Position numbers and translations under genes: made by a program
In this document: positions 17,250 to 20,000 of the stretch, in pieces
Layout of the letters: the number at the start of each line of letters is the position of its first letter
How positions within the stretch are numbered: position 1 is the first letter of the stretch
The notes under the pieces: generated by a model
Seen by the model: the letters and a program-made list of their open reading frames with translations, nothing else
The model's database searches: none
What the model was told of the DNA's origin: nothing
IMG/VR virus record: IMGVR_UViG_3300038530_001278
DNA: 20,000 nucleotides
Source: an uncultured virus (IMG/VR IMGVR_UViG_3300038530_001278)
Lineage: Duplodnaviria > Heunggongvirae > Uroviricota > Caudoviricetes
Strand: one strand, 5' to 3'

Positions 17250-18515
17250 TTATCTAAATGTATAATTAATTCCAAAGGTTGAGTTAAAAAATTCAGTATC
17301 CCACATCTTAGTATATTCACCTTCTATGAATACGCCTAAGGTCTTGCTTATCTTCCATCCCATGTTCAGACCCCCTTGGTAGTCTGTCCATTGTTCAAAT
17401 TCGTTTTCATCTCCTGTAACAGGATCATACTTCCATCCGTTTCTATATCCATAGTTTAGTTCGTCCCATTCTCTATCGTTAAATATATATTTATGATAAG
17501 GAAGTAAGACACTAGCATACATATGTATCCAGAAGTTAGATTTATAATGATAGAAATCAAAGCCTGCAATAGGTGATACAACGTGGTATGGTTCTACTGT
17601 TTGCCAGAAGTCTGCATTATATCTATTCATAAGTTGTCTAAATACAGTGTTTCTAAACTGTAAGTCTGTATATGCAACTATGTTTCCTTGATCATCTCTC
17701 CATAACCAGTCTCCCATTTGTTCTGTTGTACCATCATTATTATATACAACAGATGAATAGTACACATCTTCGTATCCGTATTGATAACCAAGAGTCCACC
17801 AATAATTTGTAGGAGTTTGATTACCAAACTCATCTGTTTCCATTTGATTTAACCAAAGCTCTATTGGATTAAATCCATAACCACGTTGATGAGTACGGTA
17901 GATTGCACCGGCTGATATGCTAAACTTTTTACCGATCGGTAGTCTAGCTCTAATTTCTGCTGATTTATATTCAAAGTCTCTAGATCCTAGTTTTCTTTGT
18001 TCTAGTTTAACTATATGATAATCACCAGTATGTCTAATAAAGAATCTGGAGTTGTTCCAGACCTTGCCTCTATGTCTTTCTTTTTCGTAGTGTAGTAAGT
18101 ATTCTAAACCGTCAACTGCAGAAGTAGGAGCAGATAATGCATTTTGTTTTTCTCTTTTTACATTACCAGTCCAAAAGTTATCCGGCTTTCTCTCGTATCC
18201 AAAACGACCGAGTTTACGTATTCCAAATCCATATCTATAATCAAAAGGGTGTTTAGTAGTTACATCTATTACTTCTGGTACATCATATAATCCTCCGTCT
18301 TCTGGTGGTCTAACAAAAAAAGACTCTTGCTCTACCTGTGCGTTATTGATGTCTCCAGCTACGTAAATAGTTCCGTACTTAAACAGCTGTTCGTATATTG
18401 ATTTGAAAATGTTCTTTTTTTCTTTCTCCTCTTGTCCATAGGTTACGAAAGAACATAGCAAGAATATTAAGGTAAGGATGTAAGTACCCTTTTTATAAGT
18501 ATAAGAATCTCTCAT
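17250..18515 (-). CDS. Putative outer-membrane beta-barrel protein, 421 aa
   Basis: Signal peptide ...YILTLIFLLCSFVTYG|QEE; alternating aromatic/hydrophobic strands (YRYGFGIRK, FSISAGAIYR, AGFDFYHY, GVFIEGEY); C-terminal beta-signal-like FGINYTFR. Confidence 0.78.
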   Translation of the reverse strand: MRDSYTYKKGTYILTLIFLLCSFVTYGQEEKEKKNIFKSIYEQLFKYGTIYVAGDINNAQVEQESFFVRPPEDGGLYDVPEVIDVTTKHPFDYRYGFGIRKLGRFGYERKPDNFWTGNVKREKQNALSAPTSAVDGLEYLLHYEKERHRGKVWNNSRFFIRHTGDYHIVKLEQRKLGSRDFEYKSAEIRARLPIGKKFSISAGAIYRTHQRGYGFNPIELWLNQMETDEFGNQTPTNYWWTLGYQYGYEDVYYSSVVYNNDGTTEQMGDWLWRDDQGNIVAYTDLQFRNTVFRQLMNRYNADFWQTVEPYHVVSPIAGFDFYHYKSNFWIHMYASVLLPYHKYIFNDREWDELNYGYRNGWKYDPVTGDENEFEQWTDYQGGLNMGWKISKTLGVFIEGEYTKMWDTEFFNSTFGINYTFR

Positions 18516-18532
18516 TTTTATTTAGTGTTTAT

Positions 18533-18635
18533 TATCAGAGAGAGTCAGCGAGCTGCTGTTACTATGTAATTGGAGATTCTATACTAAATTTTGGTATTCT
18601 TTGGAACTTTATTACTACGCTGACTATCTTTGATA
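18533..18635. repeat. Imperfect 18-bp inverted repeat (TATCAGAGAGAGTCAGCG / CGCTGACTATCTTTGATA), 67-bp spacer
   Basis: Arms 18533-18550 and 18618-18635 are complementary at 16 of 18 positions; they occupy the only sizeable intergenic region of the window. Confidence 0.75.
18600..18632 (+). promoter_or_regulatory. Match to Bacteroidota housekeeping promoter consensus (TTTG-N21-TATCTTTG), antisense to the genes
   Basis: TTTG at 18600-18603 and TAnnTTTG at 18625-18632 with a 21-nt spacer. Could be a chance match in AT-rich DNA. Confidence 0.3.
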
Positions 18636-18648
18636 TCTAAAATTAATA

Positions 18649-19434
18649 TTATCTGGCAGATAATCTCATATTCGCACTAACATCATACAAATATAAACTA
18701 TTTTGAGTTGAATTGTCAAATGAAAAGCGAGAAATTATGAACTTATCTACAAACCTTTTTTGCTCATACCAAGGTTTATTAGTATTTATGTTACTTGTTA
18801 TTACGTCTAAGTTACTGTCTATGAAGGGGTTATCTGTGTTATCAACAAGATCTCGAAACTTATTAACGCCCCATGTTCCTTCTGTATTAAACATATTAAA
18901 ATTACGTATATCTGATTGATTTGCTGAGGTTTTTCTCGACAGATCTAAATTACCAGAGCATTGATATGAATTATATATTAGTAAATCAGTGATTGTACTA
19001 TTATATAAGTATGCTCCGTTTGATGCAGTTGTCTTTGATATCCAGTTGACTGTAGAAAACATTTTAGTTCTATCTGGATTTTCATTGAAGACGGCATCTA
19101 CGTAACTTGCATATGTTGGTTGTGTATTTCCTACAAAATAAAATCTTGCATATTTATCAGCTACATTGTGTTTATATATATCATCATAATCTATAGAGTA
19201 TAATACATTTCTTGTATTAACCATTAGGTAAGGAGTATAATCATGATATGATACCCAGGATTGTGTATCTAATGAAAAAGATAACGTCCAACTATTATCT
19301 GTAAAATAAGTAGCAAGCTGTGCTGCAGTAATTAACTGTAATACTTTCTTACCGTTAACTGTTGCAACAACATAATACTGTCCTTGATTAAGAACTAGTT
19401 GACCGTCTTGTAATGTGTTTATATTAGTTGGCAT
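18649..19434 (-). CDS. Tail protein resembling the C-terminal part of the crAss-like tail stabilization/muzzle protein, 261 aa
   Basis: SWTLSFSLDTQSWVSYHDYTP, VFNENPDRTKMFSTVNW, IYNSYQCSG, EGTWGVNKFRDL, KPWYEQKRF recall motifs of that family; beta-rich composition. Confidence 0.6.
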   Translation of the reverse strand: MPTNINTLQDGQLVLNQGQYYVVATVNGKKVLQLITAAQLATYFTDNSWTLSFSLDTQSWVSYHDYTPYLMVNTRNVLYSIDYDDIYKHNVADKYARFYFVGNTQPTYASYVDAVFNENPDRTKMFSTVNWISKTTASNGAYLYNSTITDLLIYNSYQCSGNLDLSRKTSANQSDIRNFNMFNTEGTWGVNKFRDLVDNTDNPFIDSNLDVITSNINTNKPWYEQKRFVDKFIISRFSFDNSTQNSLYLYDVSANMRLSAR

Positions 19435-19436
19435 AA

Positions 19437-20000
19437 TTAAAATGTATATCCTAGGTTTTCCATTGCTGTTTTTATTAAGTTGGTATAATAACCACTTGTT
19501 GTACTACTATCATTATTGGCAACTACATCATATGTAAATCCTACGTTACCAGACATATCACTCAAACCATTTGTTCCTGAGTAGTTGCCGGTTCCATTCT
19601 GACAGTTTTGTAAATATTGTTTGAATACTGCAAATTGTCCTGTTGTACTAGTAGCTATTTGAAATACATTAGCTCTATAAAAACTACTATCAGTGGTATT
19701 TAAATCAGTTATTGTATCTCTAAGATCTTCAATATCTGTATCATGTTGACTCGTTCTGTTTACAGCACTTGTAGTACTATGGTACGAATTTTCTGCTTCA
19801 TCTTGAAATATAAATACAAGTACTTTAGAAGCACTAGGGAACGGATCACTAGATCCTGTACCAAAGCCTGCACCTCCATTATTTAAACAATTCCAGGTTC
19901 TTTCAGTAGCACCTGAACCAAGTGATGAAATATCTCTTACTCTTACTTTATCCTCATATGCATCTTTTCCATTAGTTGTTGTATTTGTATTTCCCTGCCC
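19437..20000 (-). CDS. C-terminal part of a probable tail/structural protein with a possible vWA-like domain (5'-truncated)
   Basis: Manual translation is open from 20000 to TAA at 19437-19439 (187 aa): ...ERTWNCLNN...SKVLVFIFQDEAENSYH...FYRANVFQI...YYTNLIKTAMENLGYTF. Thr/Ser/Asn-rich; VLVFIFQDE resembles a vWA strand. Domain call is weak. Confidence 0.65.
   Translation of the reverse strand, partial: GQGNTNTTTNGKDAYEDKVRVRDISSLGSGATERTWNCLNNGGAGFGTGSSDPFPSASKVLVFIFQDEAENSYHSTTSAVNRTSQHDTDIEDLRDTITDLNTTDSSFYRANVFQIATSTTGQFAVFKQYLQNCQNGTGNYSGTNGLSDMSGNVGFTYDVVANNDSSTTSGYYTNLIKTAMENLGYTF

Noticed and set aside
12916..18919. Plus-strand ORFs 12916-13149, 13168-13371, 14857-15054, 18713-18919
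   Set aside because: Fully antisense to well-supported genes and with no recognisable motifs. The last lies downstream of the promoter-like match but has no other support.
1..20000. Stop-codon reassignment (TAG or TGA), known in some crAss-like phages
   Set aside because: Genes are full length under the standard code, the 2893-codon ORF has no in-frame TAG or TGA, and TAG ends the gene at 15907.
1..20000. tRNA, rRNA, CRISPR array, transposase, integrase, intron or intein
   Set aside because: None recognised; coding density leaves only one intergenic gap over 100 bp, which shows no cloverleaf or repeat-spacer pattern.

Overview
AT-rich (roughly one third GC by eye), gene-dense phage DNA with all credible genes on the minus strand. 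It looks like the late/structural region of a crAss-like (Crassvirales-related) phage of a Bacteroidota host. In transcription order (right to left): two tail-related genes; a 133-bp intergenic region with a long inverted repeat; an envelope-targeted module (outer-membrane beta-barrel, an unannotated 18-aa CxxCxxCxxC micropeptide, a single-TM coiled-coil protein, a secreted thioredoxin-fold protein lacking CxxC, two small proteins); five tiny Lys/Arg-rich proteins; a 3TM-family holin; three probable virion cargo/ejection proteins (one with an NlpC/P60-like domain, one with a peptidoglycan-binding domain); and a giant ORF of at least 2893 aa (8679 to beyond base 1, missed by the ORF track) encoding a crAss-type virion RNA polymerase (GSDYDLDK). 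The most notable observations are a recurring hydrophobic-x-x-Gly-Gly motif shared by the cargo proteins, the polymerase N-terminus and small basic proteins, and the beta-barrel / Cys-micropeptide / CxxC-less thioredoxin module. Family assignments come from motif recognition by eye; no searches were run.
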